This document shows, piece by piece, positions 11,330-22,795 of a DNA stretch of 64,000 nt (position 1 is the stretch's first letter; each line of letters begins with the position of its first letter). This DNA is from Psilocybe cubensis. Its lineage: Eukaryota. The stretch lies in the NCBI GenBank assembly GCA_017499595.2, contig CM039000.1, forward strand, positions 558,001 through 622,000, written 5' to 3'. Both the position numbers and the translations under genes were made by a program. A model generated the notes under the pieces. The model saw nothing but the letters and a program-made list of their open reading frames with translations. It made no database searches and was not told the origin of the DNA.

Positions 11330-14300
11330 CAGTGGTGGCATAGTCGGCGACTATAGTCGATAGTCGGATCCCGACTAAGTCGACTAAGTCCGACTAAGTC
11401 GACGACTATCGCCAAGAATAGAAATTTTCTCAGACTATGTATCACGTGCAATCCAAAACTTGGATCAATCTGGGTTTCAACTAGACGGAGGCCCGACAAA
11501 TCTGCATTGAGACATTTGGATTGTATATAGATAATTACACCTCAAAAACAATTTATACAGTGTATGGTAAATGATTTAAATCTATTCTGCTTACAATTTG
11601 CATGTGAAAAGTTCCATAGCAGTTTGTGCGCCATCTTGAGATGTGTCGGAGTTTGATTGTGCATCATGTAAGCGGCTTGGCGTTGGACTTCATCTCAAAA
11701 CACCAATTTTGACCGTCAATTCACTGTTGATAACAAGAACAGACCTCATTCTTGCTTCAACAACATGATACTAATAATTATCCTAATAGAAAGGCAGAAA
11801 ATAGTGATTCTACAGAAGTTTATCCATTTAGAATAGTTTAGAAGGCATTTATCCGAGAAATAAGTCATGATTAAATAGAAAAATGTAGTCACATTAGAAT
11901 GCATAACAAGCCTCATGATAGCCTATAATAATCTATTTTGTGATGGTATGCAGTTCAATTCAAATATGGAGAAATGTTTGCCCAATATTGTACCAACATA
12001 TCTGCGATGATAATAAAATTAGAGCTAGAGTAGGATAAAAGCAACTCTTTGTCTGTTTTCTTTCCATAGCTCAACATGAGTCGCTCTTGGTATCGCTCTT
12101 ACTTTGTGGACCATCCTCTTTATCAAAAGGGAAATCCCCAAAACCGTCCTGATTCTGTCTGGGCAAACCAGCACAAAGACAAAATCAAAATCATTTGCAA
12201 GAAATGTTTGGATAGTCATATTGGTATGGCAATCCAGGAAGACGAACAAAAGGCTGCACAAGACAGTACCTTTTTACCTCGTTCCCATAATGATATAAAG
12301 CTGTCTTGTATGTTATAATTCTGCCTCATTGACTTTGTCTAACTTGTATACAGTTTTTAATACTTCTGCCAATGATCCCAACCGCTTATGGATTGAAGCA
12401 AGATCAGATACTAGCCTTACCCATCTACTACACTGTCCACTGGTGTCTCCTGAAATTCGGAGTATTGCACAAGCTCGCTCTAGAACTGGAAACAATACTA
12501 TAAATCCAGACACAACACCTCGTGCCCAACGAATTGCATCAAACACAAACATTGTTTCTCCTCGTCCTGTCTATCCTATTCCTGCTGCTCCCAATTTTAT
12601 AATGCAATGGCATTTGGAACAGGCCCAAGGCACCTCTAATACCTTAAACTTGCGTCCTCCATCTGTACAATTCAATCAGCACCGAAATTCACCATTTCCT
12701 TCGGACCCTTTTATTCAAGAAAGCTCTCATACTGGATTATTTCCATTTCCTTCCAATGCTTCACCCGATTCAGCTTCTGTCTATTCTGCTGGATCAGCAT
12801 ATACATCATCTTCCTCACATGTTTCTAAATATGCCCGACGATCTTCTACAGCCCTCAAGCGCTCATCATCCGTTCTTAGTGATCCTGGAACAGCAGCTTC
12901 ATGGAATATTGACAAACAAAAGCAATTTGAAGTTTCTCTGGCGCGTCTTACAGCCTCGGCCAATCTACCATTTAATTGGGTAACCAACCCAGAGTTTATT
13001 CGATTCTGCCAAGAATTTCTTCCTTCTGCCAAAGTACCTTCTCGTCGAGTACTATCCAACCGTATATTGCCAAATCTTCTTACCAATATTCGTGCCTCTA
13101 TTCGACAAAAGGTTATGGGTCAAACTATTACTATTCAATGTGATGGTTGGACAGCATTGAACCATACCCACTTAGTGGCATTTATGCTTTCAACCCATGA
13201 CGAGGTATGTACTACTTTCCAATTTAAATTTCTTCTTATAACACTATTATTATAGATTCATACTATAACGGTTAAAGACACTACTACTGAGCGCAAAACT
13301 GCAGCAAAGCTTCTGGCACATATGCTAGAAGTTATTAATCTTCTTGAAAATGAGTGGAAGGTTACTGTGGCTGCATTTACCACTGATGCTTCAGGAGAAT
13401 CTCGAAAGGCACGACGTCTTCTTTCACTTGAACGTCCAGAACTTGTTACTCCAGACTGCTATGCCCATCAAGTAAGTCTTTAATTCAAAATATATATTTT
13501 ACAGTACTATATTAACTATTGTATATTCAAGATTAATTTGATTGTTGGCGACTACTTTAAATCAAATGGAACACAATTTCTCCGCTATTCGGCTGAGGCA
13601 AACGAACTGATTGCATGGCTTCGATCAAAGACTCAAATTCTTGGAAAAATCAAGGAAGTAATGATTTTAAAAGGTCGTAAACCTCTTTCAGTCATCCGTC
13701 CTGTTCCTACACGATGGACAGCATATTATTTGGCCTATCGTCGACTTTTGGACCTCCGAACAGCACTAGAGCTTATTGCCTTTGAAGATGCTATTTTGCA
13801 ACCCAATGATCGCCTTATTATTCAGCCATCTTTGGATCGTCTTGCAAGGCAAAAGGCGGAGCGCATGGTGGAGTTAATTAAAAATTCTATATTTTGGATT
13901 TCAATTGCCAGGTTCTGTTTATACGTTTCTCATTTATGATTTTTATGATTTAATAAACTCTAATATATTAGAATCAAACATCATCTTGCTCCTCTGGCTA
14001 TTGCAGCAAACATTACACAGTCATCGCACTGCCGGCTTGATGAAGTTGCACTAACCTTTGCTACTCTTTTTATAGAATATCAAAAACTCAATGATCTAAT
14101 TGATATTGAAGTTCGAGAAGCTTTGTTAGGCAGTATTGAGCGACGTTGGGAGAAATGTGACCAAGACGTATTTGTAGCTGCTATAATATTAAACCCATTC
14201 ATTAAAGTGAGTAATTTTGCCTAATATATATATTCTTAACATTTGATATATTATTTATTCCAGCTCACACCTTTCAACTACGATGAAGATATTATCAGTC

Positions 14301-15474
14301 AGGGTGCAATTTATCAGCTCCTTGCTCGACTTTGGGCACGATTTTTCAAGTCCCAGTGTCCAGACACATTCTATGAAGAGATTCGTCAATATCTGCACAA
14401 CACATCCAAATATGCAATCTTAGAGCAGACAGTCAATCGTCTTCAAAATACTGCAGCAAGTCAGGTAAGTGTTTGTTTAAATTTTGCTTGTTTATAATCT
14501 AAAATACAATATTTTGGAATACTAGAATAAAAGTCCAAATCCGGTGCAAGTATACCAGGATATTACAATTCCAGGAAAAGAGCCATCACCACTTATCAAA
14601 TTGGCACTTCACATTCTATCTATTTGTCCAAACTCTGCTTCATGTGAACGATTGTTCAGCACCTTTGGTTTAATACTTACCAAATTACGAGCTTCTCTTG
14701 GCCTTCAAAAGGTGGTGGATCTTGCCGAGTGCAAACTTCATTTGCGCAACGAGTTTTTGGAGACAAACAACAAGACAAACATTAGACGACGTCTATTTGG
14801 AGTTCATGGCGGAAGTGAATCACATTCACAGCCAGGTGATGTCCCATCCCAAACAATCTCCAACATTTCTTCTTCTTCTTCTTCATATCAGCCTGAACAT
14901 GGACACGAACCTGAATTGGATTCAACTATGGAGGTGCAAACTCAATCAGGCCGGTCACAATCCAATCTTACTCAACTAACCTCTCGCCTTATCAATATGG
15001 TTGATGAGGATAATGACCCAGAAGATATTCCAGAAGACCTGGGAACACCAAAAAAGAGGTTAATTACAGAGTGGTTTAATCTTTCACAGAATGCTGCTTG
15101 GATCCCACATGCACAGCGAAGTGCAGTTGGAAGCTTGGAAGATGAATTAGAATTATATGACCTACTTGATCTTGATGCACATGGTGAAGTGGATGATGTT
15201 GATTATGATGTTGAGGATAGTGTTGATAGTATACTTACAAGTTAGATGTATTTGAGCTATTTATTTTACTACAACTGTACCAAAGACAATATGTATTCGA
15301 AGTCCAGACTATGAATCTGCGATGCGACGAAGTTCACATTTGAACGTGGGAAAGTCCCGACTATGACTTCATATCAGCCTATATTTGGGAACTTAGTCGG
15401 GTCTAGTCGGAAATCCGACTAAGCCGCATAGTCATGCGACTATTCCGACTAAGTCGCCGACTATGCCACCACTG
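11330..15474 (+). mobile_element. hAT-superfamily DNA transposon, full length (4145 bp), apparently autonomous
   Basis: Perfect 23-bp TIRs CAGTGGTGGCATAGTCGGCGACT (11330-11352 and 15452-15474), subterminal (C)GACTAAGT/GACTAT repeats at both ends, and an 8-bp target CTATCTAC at 11322-11329. The empty site ggtCTATCTACaggg is present in units 2-5 (e.g. 26355-26362). The interior is AT-rich and encodes a transposase. Confidence 0.95.
12076..15245 (+). CDS. hAT transposase, 7 exons, no visible disabling mutation
   Basis: Exons approx. 12076-12307, 12354-13205, 13256-13471, 13532-13911, 13972-14206, 14264-14464, 14526-15245. Features: BED-like CKKC...HLLHC, catalytic D in QCDGW, D in TTDASG, CYAH (CxxH), PTRW, E in SASCERLFS (hAT C-terminal region), and an acidic tail. 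Confidence 0.9.
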
Positions 15475-15759
15475 GATAGTATCTACAGGGAAATCACTCA
15501 CCGGGTCTCAGTAGCGAAAATCTGTCAAGGTCACGGGACAAACATCCTACCACAACGACGGGTCATACGTGTTCTTCCCGGGTTGACAATAGGCCTGCCT
15601 CACTGATCAGAGGCCCCGGATGAAGTGCGCGGGTCCACTTCAGAGGTGGCCAACAATAATCGCTAGAGCATACCCCTCCGTCAAAGCTCCCCGGACGCCA
15701 TTATGTTGTGTCAGAGCATAGCGGGGTGACTCGAGGGTGTCGAACGGAAATTAGGGTGA

Positions 15760-16420
15760 GTCCTGCTCGCCGGGTCAAAGCAACGATGTGTCGTGTTTGT
15801 CTAACGCCATACTGGTGCTGGGTGAGGAGGTAGGCTGTATCCAGTTCGGCAGACAGCAATACATCTCCAGTTGGGTGGGTGCATAGCACTGCCTCCAAAG
15901 AGGCTGGGCAACATTGGATGAAGGAGGAGATGCGCGTCTCGCCGGACGGCAATACATGGTGTCGGAGCATAGCTGGATAAGAGTTGGGTAGATCCTACTC
16001 GCCGGAAGACGATATGCTGCATTGGGGCATATGTAGTCGAGACAAGCAAAGGGGAGAATTGAGCTCGCCGGACGGCGATACATAGCGTCAGCGCATAGTG
16101 GGTTAAATCCTGCTTGCCGGAAGACGATGCATCGCGTTGGAGCATCCGCTGGTTGCACATAGAGTCAAAACAAGCAAAGAGGAGGGCCCAGCTCGCCGGA
16201 CGGCAATACATAGCGTCGGAGCGTAGTTGGACAAGGAGTGTGGTGGATCCTGCTCGCCGGAAGACGTCGCATTGCGTTGAAGCATCCGTTGGTTGCACAT
16301 GGAGTCGATACGAGTAAAGGGGAGGGTCCAGCTCGCCGGACAGCGATATATCGTGTCGGGGCATTATTTGGTGTCCTTGGGACAAGCAAAGCGGGTGGGT
16401 TTAGCTCGCCGGACGACGAT
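15760..16420. repeat. Degenerate minisatellite, core (A/T)GCTCGCCGGA(A/C)G(A/G)C(G/A)AT, ~60+80-bp dimeric period
   Basis: Cores near 15763, 15937, 15996, 16062, 16110, 16190, 16251, 16330 and 16403. Equivalents at ~26630-27375, 37349-38094, 48053-48798 and 58757-59502. Confidence 0.85.
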
Positions 16421-16844
16421 ATGTTGCCTCAGAGCATCTTTAGGCATGCTGGCACTAGCGAGTCGCGGGAAAGAAATATATCGCGTCGGAGTAATCTGAG
16501 TTATGGAAAACAGTTAAGCACATGTCTAGCACTGTGAACAGCAATACACTTACCAATACCACAGCCCTTTATTCTCAAGGCGAGAATCAATGCATAGCTT
16601 CAAGGCAAAACTGATACAAAGTCAGTACATGTTTTCAACACTATATCCAATGTCACATACCTCTTGGTTACCATGCATTCCTTTACCAGCATTCGTCGGA
16701 CACCCGAATCTCAAATTTGATTCTGCACACATTGTCAGTACTTATAAGTCTTTGAAGCGTATAAAACTTACAAGGTTGAAACCAGAATACATCGCCCGAG
16801 AGACCTAGGTTGATACTAGAGCATGGCATAGACAGAGTGCGATG

Positions 16845-16972
16845 CCAAGGAGGGTGCATGACGATGAGGAACGTCCACGACAAGGAGGGTGCACAACAAT
16901 GGGTGCATGACGAGGAGGGTACGCAAAAAGAAAGGTGTGCAACGAGGGAGGTAACGACGAGGACGGGTACAC
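16845..16972. repeat. Short purine-rich degenerate repeat (GACGAGGAGGGTGCA-like, 4 copies)
   Basis: aaggagggtgcatgacg / acaaggagggtgcac / gggtgcatgacgaggagggtacg / gacgaggacgggtacac; present in each unit. Confidence 0.6.
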
Positions 16973-17089
16973 GTCGACGTACATCCAGCATTAGGGCATA
17001 ATGCACGGCTGGTGTTCATGAAATTCCAGTCCCTCTTTATACTCTTTTTTTACCAAGTTTTCAAGGTCACGTTGTATTTTCGCTGGCAC

Positions 17090-17990
17090 ATCACCTCATT
17101 TCTGTAGCTTCATCAATTACACTAGTCTTCGCTTCACTCCAACTTCGTTTACGAAGTGTAAAATTTATTTTATGGAATGCCATAATTTGACTCTTAGGAG
17201 TCCGGGAATATGAGTGATTCCACTTCCCTGTTTGCTCTCCAACTTGAATTCCAAGGCAGAAGATCCTGCTACAAATGTCCGAAAACTGTCCACATCCACA
17301 AATTACATTCCATGCTCGAGCACTGGAACAGCCGCTTTCCATCCTCGTAAACTCGTATTATTGTGCTAGACCCGGAGATCCACTTACGCGTAGAAGGCCG
17401 TAGTTTTGTTGAACGTTGCTTCACAACATTACGTGCATTTACATCCAACATAACGTCCTGTACCGCTGGCACAACACGCGCACCCGGCATGCAGGTATTC
17501 TGAATTCGACGCGACGCGTCTCATCCACAACGCCAGAAAGCAAAAGACCCTGAACGCGAACGCCCCTAAACGCGAATTGGTTTCGGATAACAAAGTCAGC
17601 TGAACTTGACGCGACGCGTCGGACGCGTGTCAGGGCAGCTGAGCTGTTTAATCTAATGACGCACATTTTCGTAACAAGCGCTGCTTCCTTTGAAACCCGC
17701 TTTTGGAATAGTCGCGCTAGCGCCCGATCCGTGTCATCGCGATTCCGGATTCACGATCCTTGATTCAAGCCTAATTTTAAATCTGGGCAGACCAACATCC
17801 AGGCCCACATTTACATAAATGCTTGCTGGAGAGCTTTCTACTACGTCTGGGGGTCATTTTTGATGTAGCGACTGTAATTGAAGGTGTTTTCATGGGAGTT
17901 AAATATAACTCTGGCTTGTTTTCAATGTAAATATAACTAAATCTCGAGGTATACTCTACAGACATTGTTTGTGGGCATACCGGTAAGTCA
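17090..17990 (-). pseudogene. Possible decayed Helitron-associated coding remnant (DUF6570-like Cys-rich region)
   Basis: Pieces in shifting frames: KHLCKCGPGC..LLSGVVDE.RRVEFRIPAC/VCACC..PSTRKWISGSST..VPVLEHG..VICGC..SRIFCLG..GKW..ITHIPGLL. Their order resembles my recollection of the agaric Helitron motif chain CAVCG..TRKER..PVLD..IC..C..P..ALANGLW.G.VP. Many stops and frameshifts. Copies at ~28045-28940, 38764-39659, 49468-50363 and 60172-61067. Confidence 0.3.
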
Positions 17991-20600
17991 GGTTGCATCC
18001 GCATACTCGCTGACTATCTGTAGCACTGTATAGATTTGATATACGCGCTCAGATAAATATTCAGTACACTCTGCGGCCGAAAATCCGTCTCGGAAACGGA
18101 TACTTAAATAACTCGTGCAGGGGTTCCTTGAGCCCCTGTTCCGCTCTTGAACGCAAATTTCAAGTCTATGTCAGGATTTTAGCTCAATGAGGCTAGTGTC
18201 TCGGCTGCTCGGAGCCATCACAATGTTCAGCGGAGACTCTGAAGTTTCGGAGGATTGAGAAAAATACAATGACGTGGCATTCGAATTAACGGTAGTTTGA
18301 CCTCCATAAGGCGTCTGTGAGCTGAATAGTGTACCATAGAGTGTGAATAGAAGACAATATGATAAAATCCACTTGTAACTAACAGAATAAATTGAAATCT
18401 CTTGTGAATTTTCAAGTACTCGTCCTAAAATCGACTGCACGCAATTTCATACGCAGAATATAGATTACAACAAGCTCACAGGCAGAGTATGGTGCATCAG
18501 TACTGATATATTACCTAGAATAGTCCGAAATAATGATATTTGTTTGACATACAAACCAACGACATTCTCCTCCTCCCCCGATACATCAATTTACGTCGTT
18601 TCAGTCGTTTCCATTCTATCCGTACCTTATTATAGATTAGCCTAGCACTCTTCGGCTCGCGAATAACGTTGTGAATCTGTGCTCTAGAGCCCAGAAGAAC
18701 GTACTTGATTGGATACAGTGCAGGCTTGTAATAACAACGTGTCATGCGTACCGCGGCTGTTTGCTGCATACTCGCCATTTGAGGCGGTTTGGCGGATGCG
18801 TATAGATGTAGTGATGCGTGGTTGAAGAGATGATGCGCCGTGGTGCAAGGAAAAGTCGGCAATTTGGAGTTGTTCACGTCGAGCCGTGAAATGGTGTAAA
18901 TCGCGCATTCCCGCAGTTTGAAGAGGTGTAGGGGGCATTTTGTGAGCTGAGGGGTTGGAATAGTATGAAATTTAAGTGATGAGTAGTGAAATTTGAGTGC
19001 TGAAACCTTGAGAAAAGTTACACATTTCAAAAAATATTAAGCGCCCGAATAGACATCACACTGAATTGCGTGAACACAGCAATTCCAAAGGCATTCCTCA
19101 GGTATCTCTGTATAGCAGCAGATACTACCATACCCCTAATCACTCACATCGTGCATCCCATGTCAACAATCCCAAAAAATTCAACAAAATTTTCAACTCA
19201 CGTACATACCAACATCCTCCCCCTCCCCCGATTCGCGAATACAGCCCATTTCGAACGCCTCCCTTTCTTCCTGGTCTTTTCCGGCACTAACGGGGACCTG
19301 CTCGGCTAGGCTAGGCTGCCGTCACCCGACCTAGAAGGACGGAAATGAAAGCAACCACTGACGGTCTTCAGCTGAATACACAAATGCAATGATACGTACC
19401 GTACAATTCTGCGCGTTTTCCGCGTATTCCTGGCATTTAGGGTGTTTTAATACGTTACCTATGGTGTTATGCTGGTGTCTGGGCGTCGGATCGAAGGTTG
19501 AAAAGTCGTAAGGTTTGTCTGGTTTCGTATTGCAAGTGTGCTCATGGAGCCGAATGCCCTCATTGTTGGAATAACGGGTTTACATGGTTTTTCAATGTCA
19601 GGTAGCCCCTGAGTGATATGATAGATGCTCTTCAGTATCTGAGTAGGTCTGCGAGACTTGTTGAGCTCGGAGCACGATGGAAAAGGGTGTACTGCGTATC
19701 AACTCCAAATAAGCGCCGAGAACGTGCATATCTACATACAGTGCAAAACAACACTACACACACCTCTAGAAAGATGACAGGGGTAATAATACCTCTCAGC
19801 TCTACCCCTCCAAACCATCCATCCCGCGGAACCATCGAAACAGCTGAACCAATCACATCCGAATCTGCACCTCCTCTCCCAAATCCGCATTCCACCCCAT
19901 TCCAACCGCTTTTCTTTCCCTTCGGCTCCGGAATTACACCACCTCGGCTACTCAGAGTCATAACGGCAGATCAGAAGAAGACAGCGGCGTTCAATTTGTC
20001 GCTGTGCAGAAGACGAGTTTTACGGGTGTTGACTACAGAGCAAGTGTCCGCACTCCGGGAGAGCTAGAATGTGTCGTTTGTGTGATTATGGGTAGAATAC
20101 GTATGGGTGGTGGATTGAATGTACGTACTTGGTTCCCCGAGTCGTGCAGCATTTGAACATTGTGGAAGATTGTTCGAGGGGATTTAGTGCTAAAGTTTCG
20201 TTAGTGGTTGTTCAAGCGATTTTGAGGAAATGGAGTGTATCATGAATCCAGTACTTGTATGGTCCTGGTTTGCGTCTTCAAGCATTGTAAATCTTTATTC
20301 TTTATTGAGTTGAATATAATTCTCTCTTGAGCGCAATGCATCGACATCAGCTCAAACAAACAAATGTACGAAATCACATTTCACAATACAACACACCCAC
20401 CCAAAGTTTCAATCACTGCAAACGGAGAAACCACATCCAATCTACAATTTCAACACACACGGACGATCGGACCACCACTTGCGTAACCCAAATCCGAACC
20501 CGCACTAACAAGCGACACCGAAAGAAAAAGAATCTGTTTATTTCATTATTCGGTCTACTTACGACATGTAACAGGCGTACTAGTAACAGCCCCACGCGGG

Positions 20601-22202
20601 TATATAAAGACCACGCACCTTGCTGGCCTTTCTTCATCCCCTCACCGCCTACTCTCCTCTGCCTCTTCAGCTCTCCTCTTCTTTTCTCTTCGGGCTTGGA
20701 TGGCGCGTTCTGGCAGACGGTGAGCCTTCTAGTTCGTTCTCGACGGCGCTGACGTTGTGCACTATATAGGCATTGGTGAGTGATATTGACACGACGCCGA
20801 GGCGATTCTGACGCGTTTCTCATAGGCCCGCGCACCACGATGAAAACACCCCTCCTAACCTTGCCCGTAAAGGTGAGTTGCACCCACCCAATGATGCGCT
20901 GCTACTCACTTTGCTTCTGGCTGCACAGAAAAGGCATGAGTCAGGGCCCCTATGACACGCAGAACGCTGACGACGCACCTTCACAGAATGACCTCTCGAT
21001 CCATCCACCTGACGACTGACGGCGTGTGGGATTGATATGAAGATTGTTGGATGGGTGCAAGGCGGTGTGGACACGATAACGACGGTAAGTAGTAGGGCAA
21101 TAACTAACATATGGTTTACTGACCCACCTTGAAATTAGATTCCCCGCCCGCCTCTGTCACTGCAAGTTGGATCCATTGGACTATGAGGGGACATAACATG
21201 CCCCCCAAATCCCGCTCCACGGTGAGTGTTGAGAGCGACTGAAAGTGCTTGCTTGCTGGGATAGACGACCCTACGCGGGTATAAAGACCGCGGATGTTGC
21301 TGGCATTCTTCATCTTTGGGCTTGGATGACGTGTTCGGGCAGACGGTAAGCTTTGTAGTCGACAGCGCTGAAGTTGAGCACACCAGAGCCGCGGTTTGAG
21401 GCAACGGTGAGTAACATCCACACGATGCCAATGTGATTCTGACGCATTCATCGTAGAAGTGCTATAGGTGCGTTGGTCACCGCAGAACGCTGACAACATA
21501 CCTCGACAGAACACCACCTAGCCTGTCCCGCTCTGCCCAGACCAGCCAACACCGCTTCTCGCTACACAGACAAGGCATTGCCTACAGAATTTCTGTGAGT
21601 CGGGGCCCCTGATACGTAGAAAGCTGACGAAATACCTTGACAGAATGTCTTCTTGATCCATCCCGCTCCTCTCCCTGGCATAACGATTGACGGCGTGAAA
21701 AAAAAGAAGTTTAGATGCGTAACGAACTGCAGAGTACTGACCGTGCCGATTACTCCATCCCACACTCTCCTTGTATCCTTTCCCTCTCCGCATTGCCCCA
21801 TACCACCAATGACCGCGCGCAGCGACACTGTCTTGACGGCCGTCCAGAATGCATGCAGCTGAGGGGAGAGAGGTAAGCACAATCCCTCGCGGTCAAAAGA
21901 ATTGTCAACTTACTGACCGGTGATACAAGCTGTTGAAAATTGACATGGCCTGCCCACACCATCGATGACCTGCGCTGTGTGCTGGATAGCGCGCAGTGAC
22001 GCTGTCTTGACGGCCGCCCAGAATGCACACAGCTGAGGGAAAGCGGTAAGCACGGTCCCTTGAGGTTGAAAGAGTTGTCTACTGACCTGTGACACAAATC
22101 GACCCCCTAGGTCCATGGATAGCGAGCAAAGACTCTTGACCGCAAGGTAAGCCGTCGATATAATAACCCAACCAACCTATTGACGCACCAATTGACCTCT
22201 AG
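20601..22202 (+). ncRNA. Putative TATA-led, intron-dense spliced transcript with micro-exons and no long ORF (unit 1)
   Basis: TATATAAA at 20601. Candidate introns, mostly GT(G/A)AG..CT(G/C)AC..YAG, at 20720-20769, 20776-20825, 20873-20928, 21085-21138, 21222-21264, 21346-21386, 21407-21456, 21468-21509, 21595-21643, 21873-21929, 22046-22110 and 22147-22202. Confidence 0.45.
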
Positions 22203-22659
22203 TCGGGCACGACTGTATGCGCGAGCCTTGTTCTTTGAGGCGCAAGGAACCTTGGGTGTTGGTTAAAGGTATGCCCGCTCAGTTTGTCTGCGAAACTGTC
22301 TTGAATGGCGGGCTGAATGCTGCATGCACTGTGGCTTGACGGGGGTGGAAAGACTCTGCAAGGGTGCTGTCACTGGCTTGGGCATCCATCGCTTGTCCCA
22401 TGACGGCGGCGTGTCGACGTTGGGATCAACGTTGTTTAGTGATGAGTCTGCGTGCTGCCACATTCCCCTATACGGACATGCGGCCTCAAGCTGAGATCCA
22501 ACAACTGAGAAAGTCAAATATAAAAAGACGGACAATAACGTACCTCAGTTTCCCCTAGATGCTCACAAATATCAAGGTAGGCGAAGATCGGGGTGTGTGA
22601 GTGAGAAGACGAAGCGGGTAATATAGGTGCTGTGGGGATGAGGCGGAGAGTGCAACATG

Positions 22660-22795
22660 TGTCGCCTCCTTCATCTTCCAACGGAAAGGACTTGAGCGCA
22701 AGGTGCACGGCGTGACGGTGGTCAAGGAGCTCATCAAAAACGAAGGCCCGACTGCCTTCTTCAAGGGGCTGACGCCAAAGGTATGCCAGTGTCCT
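22660..22795 (+). pseudogene. GGC1: GGC1 relic (double internal deletion), unit 2
   Basis: 22660-22692 matches 5739-5771, 22693-22795 matches 6945-7047, and the sequence then continues as 7885 onward. No in-frame ATG; the two pieces are out of frame. Confidence 0.92.

Noticed and set aside
15760-16420. CRISPR-like repeat-spacer array
   Set aside because: Cores are degenerate, the intervening sequences resemble each other, the context is eukaryotic, and there are no cas genes
18515-19030. 171-aa minus-strand ORF open in all units
   Set aside because: Non-ATG start and no recognisable domain; persistence is explained by recent duplication. It could be an exon of the decayed element but cannot be supported.
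19331-19961. Minus-strand intron-like segment (GTACGT..CTAG, 19399-19331) and nearby ORFs
   Set aside because: Could not assemble a coherent spliced reading frame or recognise a family
22650-22670. Unit junction as a canonical Helitron head-to-tail join or an LTR boundary
   Set aside because: No CTRR|TC join on either strand, and no LTR pair, primer-binding site or TSD seen
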